64,000 bases of DNA from Spirochaetia bacterium (GCA_963675665.1 OY776510.1:2528001-2592000); one strand, 5' to 3'; positions 47,474-57,596 are shown, counted from the stretch's first letter. The notes: generated by a model from the sequence alone, not told the origin. Program-made: numbers and translations.

Positions 47474-48161
47474 GAAAACGCTATGGATTATTCTTGGAGT
47501 AGGTGTTTGCGTACTGATAGTAACCGCTGTAGGTTTCTTCTGGTTTCTGCCGTCAGATCAGAGCCTTGCAGCAACAGGCGGGTCAGAAGGTGTAGTTAAT
47601 GCCGGAAGAGCCGGCTTTGATGCAGTAGAATGGGTGCGTCAGGATGAATCCTTCCCGGGAATCAAGGAAGAGACGGAACAGCCTGATGACTTTGTGGTTG
47701 TTTCGGAAGAACTTGTATACGGACTGCCTGAGGACGGCGGAAATTCAGCAAATGCCCGGAACGATGTCAAACAGGAAGGGGAAACCATTACGCTGAATAT
47801 TCCGGAAGCTGAGCCTGTTAAAAAAGCTCCCGCAGCAGAGCTTGCGGCAGCTCCCGTCAGAACAGCTGCCCCGCAGCAGCAGGCTAAACCAGTCGAGAAA
47901 AAATCCGTCAGGGTTACTGAATACTGGATACAGGCGGGAAGTTTTTCGAGCTTGGCCAAGGCAACGGAAGTCAGGGAAAAACTGAGTGACAACGGCGCAT
48001 TAAGTACCGTTTCGACTACAAACGTAAACGGAACAAATTTTTACAGGGTACGGCTTGGACCTTACAGCGATCAGATGGAAGCAGACAAGTTTCTTACATG
48101 GATCAAGGCTGTAGAAGGTTTCGAGAACAGTTACATATCAGAGGTATATGTAACGAGATAG
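47463..48161 (+). CDS. SPOR-domain membrane protein (FtsN/DedD-like)
   Basis: N-terminal TM, Ala/Pro linker, YWIQAGSFS and YRVRLGPY. Confidence 0.88.
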   Translation: MEDKKTLWIILGVGVCVLIVTAVGFFWFLPSDQSLAATGGSEGVVNAGRAGFDAVEWVRQDESFPGIKEETEQPDDFVVVSEELVYGLPEDGGNSANARNDVKQEGETITLNIPEAEPVKKAPAAELAAAPVRTAAPQQQAKPVEKKSVRVTEYWIQAGSFSSLAKATEVREKLSDNGALSTVSTTNVNGTNFYRVRLGPYSDQMEADKFLTWIKAVEGFENSYISEVYVTR

Positions 48162-48166
48162 AATTT

Positions 48167-48366
48167 TCCGGCGGGAAAAAAAGTCTCGCCGGACTGTAAT
48201 AACTCATGACACAATTGGTGTTATGAGTTATTACCCGGAGTTTATTTATTTCCTTACTGTAAATAAACTCCATTACATCAGTTGTAAACTTCTAAAAGCT
48301 GAAGTTTTAGAAGTTTCATTTAATTAAGGGTTTTGATCGGTTCCGCGCAAGCGGGCCGATTTTTTT
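48167..48366. repeat. Intergenic array of five consecutive inverted repeats
   Basis: Hairpins at 48167-48193, 48196-48234 (17-bp arms), 48237-48271 (12 bp), 48286-48316 (12 bp) and 48336-48360 (GCAA loop plus T run, terminator-like). Confidence 0.85.
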
Positions 48367-48482
48367 GCCTGTCAATAACCCCCGTCGTAAAAAAAGCCCT
48401 GATCAGATAAAGCAAATTATGTAACAGTTGCTATCTGTTTCCCGGTAACTTATAATTAAGTTAAGAGGTAGCTTGATTTTCA

Positions 48483-50444
48483 ATGAAGCTTTCCGGAATA
48501 TTGGAAATTATATGTATTACGATTGTTAACCTGGTTTTTGCAGCCGTGACAATTAACGCTCAGGATAAACAAATCGCTCTCTCTGCTGAAGAACGGTTAT
48601 GGCTTGACAACCACCCGGAAATTCGTGTCGTTCAGGACCCCGGCTGGCCTCCGGTCGAATTCAAGGATTCAGACGGCAGGAATTCAGGCATGACTTATGA
48701 TTATTTGAAACTGATTGAAAAACGTTTGGGTATTACATTTACGATATGTCAGGTCGACAGCTGGCAGGAGGCATATGCCGGTTTGCAAAGCCGGGAATTT
48801 GATATGACTACTTCAGTTTCAAGTTCACCGGAACGTCTTGAATTCCTTGATTTTACAGAACCGTATATGACTATTCCCATAGCCATTATGACAAATACAG
48901 ATTTAACCTATATCTCATCCCTCGATGAACTGAACAACAGAAATATTGCCATAGTTAAAGACTATGTTGTTTCCGATTTGATTCCGCATGATTTTCCTGA
49001 AATCAAATTGGTGGAGGTTAAAAGTACACGCGAGGGGCTTGAGATGCTTCAGAAAAAAGAAGTATTCGGGTTTATTGAGAATATGCTGGTTGCCGGATAC
49101 TACATGACCCAATTGAAATTAACAGATATAAAGGTCGCAGGAGAAACCCCTTATAAAAATGAACAGGCAATGGCCGTGAGGAATGACTGGCCCATTCTTG
49201 CCGATATCCTTCAGAAAGCGCTTGATTCCATTACAGAAGCCGAACGCGATGAAATATATTTTAAATGGATTCAAATCAGATACGAACACGGAACCGATTA
49301 CACTTTATTATGGAGAGTTTTGGCAGTCTCCGCCTTTTTCTTCCTGCTGCTTGCGTTCTGGATATTTAAATTGCGCAAGGAAATTAATCGGAGAACCAGA
49401 GTCGAACTTGCATTGACTGAGTCAGAATTTCAGCTGCGCTCTCACCTTAGAAACACACCGATGGGCGTAATCAAATGGGACCGGGAATTTATTGTTCGGG
49501 AATGGAATCCGGCTGCCGGGAGGATTTTCGGGTATACCGCTGAAGAAATTACAGAACTGGACGGACTTTGTATGTTTCCGGAATCGGATTATCAGCAGGT
49601 TAAGAACAGTTTAATACAGTTGATCAGCAGAAATACAGAGAATGAACAGTACAGGCATAATATTACTGATTGTGTCACCAAATCGGGGGAAACAATTATT
49701 TGTGAATGGTTTAATACCCCAATCATTTCTTCGACAGGTATTATTACCGGTGCAGCAGCTTTGGTCCGGGATATCACTTCTCATGTTTTGGCTGAAAAAC
49801 AAGTTAAAATATCGCTGAAAGAAAAAGAGATCCTTCTACATGAACTTAACCACCGTACAAAAAATAATATGCAATTGATTTCATCATTTCTGAATCTTGA
49901 AGCCCGGCTTGTACAAAGCAAAAAAGTTGACAAGCTGGTTGAAAAAGTGGATTTACGGATACTTGCAATTTCGCAGGTGTATGAAAAACTTTGCCAGTCA
50001 AAAAGTCTGTCAAAGCTCAATATTCGTGACTACATTGAAGATGTTGTTTATCTTGTCGGTAATATTTATTCTTCAGGTTCCAAAAAAATTACCAATATCC
50101 AGGATATTGATGAAATTGAATTGCCAATCGACATAGTAGTCCCGCTCGGCCTCGTTATAACTGAAATTGTAACCAATACTTATAAATATGCTTTCCCTGA
50201 TAAAAGAAGCGGAACGCTGACGATTCAACTTCATCAGGATGAAGATGGTGCAGTTATTCTTGATATTTATGATGACGGTGTCGGTTTCCCTGCGAAAGTG
50301 ATTCAGGACCCTTCATCCTTCGGAATAAATACTGTTTACAATATTATCAAAATGCAGCTGCACGGTGATGTGGAAATTACAACCGGCAACGGTACAGCTT
50401 ATCATATTCTTATGAATAATATTGCTGTGCGGGAACGGCTGTAA
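48483..50444 (+). CDS. Sensor histidine kinase (periplasmic family-3 SBP, TM, PAS, HisKA_2)
   Basis: LSAEERLWL..HP.IRV, WPPVEF, FTEPY, PAS, LHELNHRTKNNMQ, EIVTNTYKYAF and DDGVG. Confidence 0.92.
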   Translation: MKLSGILEIICITIVNLVFAAVTINAQDKQIALSAEERLWLDNHPEIRVVQDPGWPPVEFKDSDGRNSGMTYDYLKLIEKRLGITFTICQVDSWQEAYAGLQSREFDMTTSVSSSPERLEFLDFTEPYMTIPIAIMTNTDLTYISSLDELNNRNIAIVKDYVVSDLIPHDFPEIKLVEVKSTREGLEMLQKKEVFGFIENMLVAGYYMTQLKLTDIKVAGETPYKNEQAMAVRNDWPILADILQKALDSITEAERDEIYFKWIQIRYEHGTDYTLLWRVLAVSAFFFLLLAFWIFKLRKEINRRTRVELALTESEFQLRSHLRNTPMGVIKWDREFIVREWNPAAGRIFGYTAEEITELDGLCMFPESDYQQVKNSLIQLISRNTENEQYRHNITDCVTKSGETIICEWFNTPIISSTGIITGAAALVRDITSHVLAEKQVKISLKEKEILLHELNHRTKNNMQLISSFLNLEARLVQSKKVDKLVEKVDLRILAISQVYEKLCQSKSLSKLNIRDYIEDVVYLVGNIYSSGSKKITNIQDIDEIELPIDIVVPLGLVITEIVTNTYKYAFPDKRSGTLTIQLHQDEDGAVILDIYDDGVGFPAKVIQDPSSFGINTVYNIIKMQLHGDVEITTGNGTAYHILMNNIAVRERL

Positions 50445-50542
50445 AGGTTTATCTGAAACATTCCGGGCTAACAGCAATAAAGATCTGGAAATATTTGAAA
50501 CACCGGTTTAAAATTAGAAGTCAAAAAAGTCTGGAGGATTGT

Positions 50543-51493
50543 ATGAAAACCTTTTTAAAATCTGAAATTTACGGAAAAGGATTTTTTAAACGCTATTTGA
50601 TTTTTCTTATTCCGATACTGATCCTGTCGGCAATCTCACAACGGTCTAATAACACAATGCCGATGCTCTCGAGCCTTGCATCCATAGCGGAGTCGTACCT
50701 TGCAATGCTTCTGGGTGTTGCATTCTTCGGGTATATGATTCAGTTTGTTTTATTCAAAGACAAAAGTTTCGGATTTAAAGGTTCGGTAGGCGAAGCAGCG
50801 CCGAAATTCCTGAAATGGTATCTTCTGACTGTAATTACCCTTGGGATATACAGTCCCTGGTATATAAAAAATCTCGCGGATTATTATTTGAGCAGAATTG
50901 AATACCAGGAAAAATCCGGAGAGCTGCTGAGCCGGCCCGGAGTATTGCTTAAGTATATGCTTTTAACTTTATATATTCCGATGATTGTACTTTCTGTTCT
51001 TCTGGTAATATTTATGTACAGAAATTCCTGGCTGGACGGATCTGCGGTCTTTTCAGCAGTTGCGGGACCGGTATTTTTGTTTGTACTGATTATTTTTCTG
51101 GCTCTGATTCCGTTTATGTATTTTTATTTTGTATGGCTGCTGCATGCCCGGTTTGGAGATTTCAGCACTGATTTTACGAAGACTCTGCGCGAGACTGCCG
51201 CACTTCTGATTCCGCAGCTGCTCCTGAGTGTGATCACTTTATTTATTTATTATCCTGCAGCATGCATAAAGATTTTTCGTTATCTGCTGGGAGGAACTGA
51301 ATACAGCGCCGAATCGGGTGTAAAAGGCGGCTTCGGTTTTGACGGCACGGCAGGCAGGGGCTTTCTTTTAATTTGGGGGCAGGGGCTTTTAACGCTCATC
51401 ACTGTCGGGATTTACGGCCCCTGGGCCATGGCAAAGCTGACGAACTGGTTTCTGAATAACACGTTTATTATTGAAGGTGAGACCGCTAACTAA
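50543..51493 (+). CDS. DUF898/YjgN-family membrane protein
   Basis: Repeated LLTVITLGIYSPW-type motifs. GGAGG RBS. Confidence 0.8.
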   Translation: MKTFLKSEIYGKGFFKRYLIFLIPILILSAISQRSNNTMPMLSSLASIAESYLAMLLGVAFFGYMIQFVLFKDKSFGFKGSVGEAAPKFLKWYLLTVITLGIYSPWYIKNLADYYLSRIEYQEKSGELLSRPGVLLKYMLLTLYIPMIVLSVLLVIFMYRNSWLDGSAVFSAVAGPVFLFVLIIFLALIPFMYFYFVWLLHARFGDFSTDFTKTLRETAALLIPQLLLSVITLFIYYPAACIKIFRYLLGGTEYSAESGVKGGFGFDGTAGRGFLLIWGQGLLTLITVGIYGPWAMAKLTNWFLNNTFIIEGETAN

Positions 51494-51506
51494 ACGCTAA
51501 GGCTTT

Positions 51507-52241
51507 TTAAATTCCTTCCCGGCTTAAATGCTTCTCCACACTGGCAAGATGTTTCTGCATGGCAATTGATGCTGCTTCAGAATCTCCGGCCTTTACAGCA
51601 GCCAGTATTTCTCTGTGTTCATCCAGGGATTGTTTTGTATGTTCCTGTTTGATCAGGGAGACCCGTTTACTTTCATTACCGAGGTCATTAAGCATCATAC
51701 CAATCTGGACCAGAATAATATTTTTGCATGCTCCGACAAGCAGTTCATGAAACCTGGCCGCCTGGTTTATCACCTTCTTGCGGCTGTATACTGCTGCTTC
51801 CATACTGGACAGGTCTTCTTCCATTTCAGCTATTTCCCTTTCTTCTGCATTCTTTGCAGCAAGGGAAGCAATATAAGGTTCGAAACACTTTCTGGCTTCA
51901 ATTAAATCCTTCAGAGGATGCTGTTTCAGCACGGATATCCATTGTGCACTGTCATAAATCTGGTTCTTTAACGGTCTGGAAGAAACGTATACCCCTGATC
52001 CCGGTCTTATCTCGAGAAGATTTATAAATTCCAGGAGTTTCAGTGCAAGGCGGACGGAATTTCTGCTGGCTCCGAATTTTTCCGATAAAGACCTTTCTCC
52101 GGGCAGTTTTTGCCCGGGTTTAAGCTCTCCCGACAGGATAAGACTTTTTAATTGATCTATAATTATTTCATAGGTGTTCTGTTTCCTGATTACAGTCAGT
52201 TTATCTGTTAAATCCGGTGCAGACCGGTCGTTGTCAGACAT
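51507..52241 (-). CDS. GntR/FadR-family regulator (FCD)
   Basis: LKPGQKLPGERSL, SRNSVR.AL, GSGVYV, EARKCFE, FH, EHREI and MQKHL. Confidence 0.93.
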   Translation of the reverse strand: MSDNDRSAPDLTDKLTVIRKQNTYEIIIDQLKSLILSGELKPGQKLPGERSLSEKFGASRNSVRLALKLLEFINLLEIRPGSGVYVSSRPLKNQIYDSAQWISVLKQHPLKDLIEARKCFEPYIASLAAKNAEEREIAEMEEDLSSMEAAVYSRKKVINQAARFHELLVGACKNIILVQIGMMLNDLGNESKRVSLIKQEHTKQSLDEHREILAAVKAGDSEAASIAMQKHLASVEKHLSREGI

Positions 52242-52345
52242 GTACATCTCCTTCCGTGAAACACACATCCCATGTTATACAATTTTTACTTATAATACAA
52301 TAAAAATTACCTTTGTCACTCTTTCAAAAATAAGACGGTTACGGC

Positions 52346-53233
52346 TTATATTTCTTCCAGCTCCCTTACAACCTTTTCAACATGCAACCGTGCTTCCTGA
52401 TCCAGCGGAAGAAGAGGGGGTACAGGATCGCCGACACTGAAACCCTGAATCGCAAGCCCGGCTTTAATACACGCCGCCATATTATATTTCTGAAATATGC
52501 GGTTTACTATCCATAATCTCTTTTGCAGCTCCAGCGCTTCTTTCCATTCCTTTTTAACACAGAGATCATAAAGACGTACGCTCTGCCTTGGTGTTATGCA
52601 TGCCGGGCCGGCCATCCAGCCTACACCTCCGAGCATCATGACAAAAAGAGGAATACTGGCAGAGGCGCTGAAAAGAGAAAGTTTATCCCCGACATCATGC
52701 TGAATTGTTAACAGCTTTCCGGTATTCCCGGAAGCATCCTTCAGGTATTTAATATTGGGGATTTCAGCCAGATCCCTGATAATATCTGTTGTCAGGTCGG
52801 TTTTTAAAAAACGGGGATTATTATAGATTACTATAGGGCAGGATGTAGCCTCTGCGATGCCTGAGAAATACGAGATAATCTGCTGCCCGCTCAATGGAAA
52901 ATATGAATCCATTACGGCAAGGATTCCCTGGACACCCATATGTTCAAATTCTGCAGCCTGCCTGGCCGCTTCCATATTGGAAGCATGGAAAACACCGGCT
53001 ACAACCGGGACCCTCCCGCCTGCCGCTTTTATTACAGCCTTTACAAATGCTTTACGCTGGCCCCAGTTAAGATAAGCAAATTCTCCGGTGCTTCCAAGCG
53101 GTGTCAGTCCGTGAACACCGCAGGCAATCAGATGATCTACCAGTTTATCAACAGCCTCAGTATTAATTGAACCGTCTTTATTAATCGGCGTTACCAGGTA
53201 AGGAAATACTCCTTTGAATTCAGTCTGTTCCAT
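52346..53233 (-). CDS. Dihydrodipicolinate synthase-family aldolase/dehydratase
   Basis: LVTP, LGSTGE, IYNNP and Schiff-base lysine in LKDAS. Confidence 0.9.
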   Translation of the reverse strand: MEQTEFKGVFPYLVTPINKDGSINTEAVDKLVDHLIACGVHGLTPLGSTGEFAYLNWGQRKAFVKAVIKAAGGRVPVVAGVFHASNMEAARQAAEFEHMGVQGILAVMDSYFPLSGQQIISYFSGIAEATSCPIVIYNNPRFLKTDLTTDIIRDLAEIPNIKYLKDASGNTGKLLTIQHDVGDKLSLFSASASIPLFVMMLGGVGWMAGPACITPRQSVRLYDLCVKKEWKEALELQKRLWIVNRIFQKYNMAACIKAGLAIQGFSVGDPVPPLLPLDQEARLHVEKVVRELEEI

Positions 53234-53311
53234 AAAAAATCCTTTCTCTCACATGCTGTTACAATGCAGGGGAACCGGCTTGTATAATACCGGATTCCCC
53301 GCTGTTTTCTT

Positions 53312-54604
53312 TTAGAACTTCCAGATTAATCCTGTTAATACAAGAATTACAATAAAGCTGACAATCTGCAGTATCCAGCCCGATTTAACGAAATCTATGA
53401 ATTTCAGTCTGCCCGGTCCGACTATTGCAATATTCGGTCCCGTAGCAATGGGAGACATGAAACATGCACTTGCACTCATCGCAACAGCCATCAGAAAAGG
53501 ATAGGGGCTTACATCCGCCGCGGCAGCAGCTGCGACAGCTATAGGCGCTATAATCCCCGTGGCCGCAGTATTAAAGGTAAACTGCGTCAGCAGCATGGTC
53601 ATAAAGATGATAATAGCCATAAGAACAAACGGGGTACTTGTTATCCCGGTCATTCCTTCCGCAACCAGTTTGACTGCACCCGATTTGCTCAAGGCGGTGC
53701 TGAGAGAGAGAAGAGTTGCGAAGGAAATAACAGTTGTCCATGATACAGATGTATAGGCTTCTTTCCATGTGATAGTCCCGGTAGCAATAACGATTACAGC
53801 ACCCAGGGCGGCAGTAGTAAGAAGATTTAGATGCAATGTTTTCTTAATAAAGGGAACGTAGCTGCCAACAGCCATTATCAGAACAATAAGCACAAAAACA
53901 GTAACGGCAATCCACATCTTCTTTTTTCGGAACTGGAAACCGCTCTGATCCGCCGGCCCTTCATAATCTTCGGACGTAGTGTCGACGTCGTCAGTGGGCA
54001 TGAACTTCAGACTGATAAAGTAGATTACCAGAATGCCTATTGCCGCCAGAGGTATACCTACCAGGGCATAGTCAAAAAACTTGAACGGTTCAATCTGCAG
54101 ATTCATCGTATCCATTACACTGTTTACAACACCGTTCGGCGGTGTTCCGATGAGGGTAATTGTTCCTCCAAGGGATGATGCGAATGCCATGGCCAACAGA
54201 GCTTTCTTTGGAGAATAGCCGCCTTTTGTAACTCCGGCCATAACAATGGGGAGCAGACAGGCAATTACGCCCAGGTTTGACAGAAAGGCTGAAAGAATAA
54301 GTGAAATCACCATGATCCACAGCAGGAATAAATCCTCCCTGTCTTTCGACATCTTTATGGCAAATCGGCCTGCGATGTCTGCAAACCCGGTTCTGAACAG
54401 AGACTCTCCCACCATAAACATAAACATGAATATGAGAGGCCATTGATTTGCAAAGTTGGCAAAAGCTTCTCCGGCTGTAAGCACCCCTGTCATTACCAGC
54501 GCGACAGGTACGCCGATTGCTATGGCGGCAATAGGTATCTTTCCGATAATCAGTAGAATAACTGCAGCCAATACAATAATAATAGTTATAATTGCAGGAC
54601 TCAT
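53312..54604 (-). CDS. SLC13/DASS-family carboxylate transporter
   Basis: SAFLSN, LGGTITLIGTPPN, SACFMSPIA and PG..KF.DF.K.G. Confidence 0.88.
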   Translation of the reverse strand: MSPAIITIIIVLAAVILLIIGKIPIAAIAIGVPVALVMTGVLTAGEAFANFANQWPLIFMFMFMVGESLFRTGFADIAGRFAIKMSKDREDLFLLWIMVISLILSAFLSNLGVIACLLPIVMAGVTKGGYSPKKALLAMAFASSLGGTITLIGTPPNGVVNSVMDTMNLQIEPFKFFDYALVGIPLAAIGILVIYFISLKFMPTDDVDTTSEDYEGPADQSGFQFRKKKMWIAVTVFVLIVLIMAVGSYVPFIKKTLHLNLLTTAALGAVIVIATGTITWKEAYTSVSWTTVISFATLLSLSTALSKSGAVKLVAEGMTGITSTPFVLMAIIIFMTMLLTQFTFNTAATGIIAPIAVAAAAAADVSPYPFLMAVAMSASACFMSPIATGPNIAIVGPGRLKFIDFVKSGWILQIVSFIVILVLTGLIWKF

Positions 54605-54636
54605 TTTTTTGCTCCTCCTTCTTGAATAAACATGTA

Positions 54637-54685
54637 TACCGGTTCACCGGTACCACCAGTATACCGCATATGTTTAATATGTCAA
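54637..54685 (-). promoter_or_regulatory. Promoter with overlapping FadR-type operator boxes
   Basis: TTGACA (54685-54680), 16 nt, TATACT. Palindromes TACCGGT-tc-ACCGGTA and ACCGGT-acc-ACCAGT lie over the -10/TSS region. Confidence 0.65.
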
Positions 54686-54853
54686 ACAAAAAAAACAATT
54701 TAGTATCAGGAGAACAAGCCGTTAAGGTGTTTTGCGGGATTTAAATGGTATTTATTTTGATCTGATGGGTTTCAGACAGGCATAAAGAGTATAATTCAGT
54801 TTCTTTAAGAGGATGCAGAGGATAGAAAGATTTCTGCAAGCCTCTGAATTCTG

Positions 54854-56197
54854 TCAGGTTGTTTCCGGAACCTCTTCCGCTTCTCCTTTCGTAACCATTC
54901 CCATTATTACAAAGGCTATAAGCATGAAGACTGCCCCGTTAATGAATATGGCCCTGTCGCCGAAAAGATCGCGCAATACGCCTGTCAGAATCGGGGCTAT
55001 GATTCCGGCCGCCTGTGAGAAGAAATAGTACAGTCCTGTATAAATACCCATATCGCTGTAGGTCGCCATTTGCCAGAGCATCGGAAAAGAGTTTGTTACA
55101 ATGGATACCCAGAACATTCCAAAAACAAACAGCAGCGCCCAGAAACTCAGGTAACGCGCTGCCCCGCTTATACCAAGGGCGGCGGTTACGGGGTAATGCA
55201 GAAAGCAGAGAACAAGAACTGCGGCGACAACGGTCAACGAAATCCTTATTGCTTTTTTTCTTCCGATTTTATGGGCAATTATGCCTGAAGGAATCGCAAA
55301 AATCGCATAGGCTATTCCGACCATCCCGGCCGACAGCGCGGCCGTGCCCGGTGAAAGTCCGAGGAATTCCTTTGAGTAGATTCCGACCCAGGGCAGTACG
55401 CCCTGGTACGCAATAAACCAGCACAGAAGGGAAATCAGTATGAACAGCGCGCTTTTATCCTTTGATGTAAAAATCAGTTTCAGAGATTTTATAATTGGAG
55501 GGTTTTTTTCTTCATTTTCCTGCGGATCCTTTCTTTCCTTTACGAAAAAGAACAGAAGCAGCACTGCGATAATTACCAGAAGCGCGGAAATTACAAAGGG
55601 GAGTTTGCCGATATATGTGGTTTCTCCGCCGGCGGATGTGCCTTCGAAAGGAACAATACTGTCGCCGAAAAGCGGAATACGGACCTTGACGTCGTAAAGT
55701 TTTGCGAGTCCTACAGTTCCTACTATTGCCGCTATCCCGCCCATGGTATTGATTACACCATTGGCTTCGGAACGGTAATTGCCGGGTATTATATCAGGCA
55801 TAAGCGCAACTACAGGCCCCCGGACTGCCTGTTTGAAGAGATTCAGAAAGAAAATACAGATTATCAGAAACATCAGGGATTTAAGAGCGGCGTTCGGCAT
55901 TAACGAGAAAAAGACGGCAGATGCCGGAAGCATTGTTATGATATACGGCATTCTGCGTCCGATTGGTGTTCGGGTGCGATCCGATAAAGCTGAGACAATC
56001 GGTATAAGAAGAATAGCAAAAAAATTATCAATACCCATTATGCTGCCGACAAGACTGTCTGAAGACAGAAAGTTGCTGAGGAACATCGGAACATAGGTGT
56101 CGTAAAGCGGATCCATCAGTCCCATGGTGAAAAAACCGAGACCGATCAGAAAAGTAATCCCGTAATAGGCTTTCATGCCTTTCTTCTCTTTTTCCAT
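54854..56197 (-). CDS. MFS transporter (GPH/SLC45 maltose-sucrose-like)
   Basis: SDRTRTPIGRRMPY, VALMPD...RSEANG and GRKK. About 12 TMs. Confidence 0.88.
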   Translation of the reverse strand: MEKEKKGMKAYYGITFLIGLGFFTMGLMDPLYDTYVPMFLSNFLSSDSLVGSIMGIDNFFAILLIPIVSALSDRTRTPIGRRMPYIITMLPASAVFFSLMPNAALKSLMFLIICIFFLNLFKQAVRGPVVALMPDIIPGNYRSEANGVINTMGGIAAIVGTVGLAKLYDVKVRIPLFGDSIVPFEGTSAGGETTYIGKLPFVISALLVIIAVLLLFFFVKERKDPQENEEKNPPIIKSLKLIFTSKDKSALFILISLLCWFIAYQGVLPWVGIYSKEFLGLSPGTAALSAGMVGIAYAIFAIPSGIIAHKIGRKKAIRISLTVVAAVLVLCFLHYPVTAALGISGAARYLSFWALLFVFGMFWVSIVTNSFPMLWQMATYSDMGIYTGLYYFFSQAAGIIAPILTGVLRDLFGDRAIFINGAVFMLIAFVIMGMVTKGEAEEVPETT

Positions 56198-56278
56198 ATT
56201 TACCCCTTTTTGTAAGCATTCATTAAATAAAAGAACCTCGAATGTTTAACCATAAAAGCAGGAAATCGAAAAGTCAAG

Positions 56279-56469
56279 AGCTTCTTGCAAAACTCGGTTA
56301 GTTTAGCAAGAAGCTTTGAAGAAAAAATTACAATTTTAAGTAATTATATACAGCATAGGAAGTTGTAATTTTTTCTTCAGTTATATTATGGAAGCTCTTT
56401 ACAAAACTCCCTGAGTTTTGAAAGAGCCTCTCAAGTAAGGTTTTTTTTTAAAAACCGGCGGTTTTTAAA
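56279..56469. repeat. Intergenic palindrome cluster: two related REP/MITE-like hairpins flanking a 17-bp inverted repeat
   Basis: AGCTTCTTGCAAAACT/AGTTTAGCAAGAAGCT (56279-56315); TGAAGAAAAAATTACAA/TTGTAATTTTTTCTTCA (56317-56379); GCTCTTTACAAAACTC/GAGTTTTGAAAGAGC (56394-56427); TTTAAAAACC/GGTTTTTAAA (56447-56469). Confidence 0.85.
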
Positions 56470-56504
56470 GAACATCAGTAGACACTGTTTCAGATGCGTT
56501 TAAT

Positions 56505-57596
56505 ATGCTAATATTCGGCATAAATATGAACAGAATCGACAGCCTTGAAAAACTTGAAATCAAACTGGCGGGAAATAATATCAGACTGACAGCACAGCAG
56601 CTTGAATGGTTCAGGGTGACATCGGAAGAGGACAGGCCGTATTTGCCGTTTCTGACCACCGGTGAATATCTTGATGCGGCGCTGTCCGCCGATGATGAAG
56701 GCCGGAAAGCCGTTCTTAAGCAGATAATTCCGGATGTCAGGGAGTTTGATGCAAAGGATTATGAACTTGAAGATCCGCTCGGTGAACAGAAATACTCTCC
56801 GCTTGCGAGGTTTGTTCACCGTTACCCCGATCGGGCAATAATCCTGGTTACCGACAGCTGTGCAATGTTCTGCCGGCACTGTTTCAGGCGTTCTTTTTCC
56901 GGAGGCAAAACCGGATCAATAACCGACGAGCAGCTGAAACAGATAACAGGCTACCTTTCCGGGCATGAAGAGATTAAAGAACTGCTTTTGACCGGAGGAG
57001 ACCCTCTTACACTGACTGCAGGCAGGCTTAAAACTATTATCAAAGAGGTAAAAACGGTTCGTCCGGAGCTTGTGGTCAGAATATGTTCACGAATTCCGGT
57101 TGTTGCGCCTGGCCGTATAACCGTTGAGCTTGCGGCAATGCTGTCGTCTTTCAGCGGAATCTGGTTTATTACACATTTTAATCATTCCGCCGAGCTTACT
57201 AATCGTTCAAAAGCCGCCCTGCAGCGACTTGTTAAAGCCGGAATTCCCGTTTTAAACCAGACTGTCCTTCTGCGGGGTGTAAACGACAGCCTTGAAACCC
57301 TTGCCGCCCTTTTTCAGAACCTGCTTATTAATGGTGTTAAACCATATTACCTGTTCCAGGGTGATCTGGCTGCAGGAACATCCCATTTGAGGGTGCCTCT
57401 TGAAGAAGCATTATTGCTGACGGCTGAATTGAAGTATAAAATATCGGGTATGGCAATGCCGAGGTTTGCGGTTGATTTACCGGGCGGCGGAGGAAAGATA
57501 ACCCTGCCGTCACAGTCTCATCCGATTGTAAAGTCGGATGATTACTACATAATAAAAGGACTGGACAATGAAGAGTACAGATATCCCGCGAATTAG
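56505..57596 (+). CDS. KamA/EpmB-family radical SAM aminomutase-like protein (alternative start at 56526)
   Basis: DPLGE, HRYPDR, CAMFCRHCFRR, TGGDPL, HFNH, NQTVLLRGVND, PYYLFQ and DLPGGGGK. Confidence 0.9.
   Translation: MLIFGINMNRIDSLEKLEIKLAGNNIRLTAQQLEWFRVTSEEDRPYLPFLTTGEYLDAALSADDEGRKAVLKQIIPDVREFDAKDYELEDPLGEQKYSPLARFVHRYPDRAIILVTDSCAMFCRHCFRRSFSGGKTGSITDEQLKQITGYLSGHEEIKELLLTGGDPLTLTAGRLKTIIKEVKTVRPELVVRICSRIPVVAPGRITVELAAMLSSFSGIWFITHFNHSAELTNRSKAALQRLVKAGIPVLNQTVLLRGVNDSLETLAALFQNLLINGVKPYYLFQGDLAAGTSHLRVPLEEALLLTAELKYKISGMAMPRFAVDLPGGGGKITLPSQSHPIVKSDDYYIIKGLDNEEYRYPAN

Noticed and set aside
48167-48366. CRISPR array or integron attC array
   Set aside because: The hairpins share no common repeat sequence or GTTRRRY core sites, and there is no cas or integrase gene in the window.
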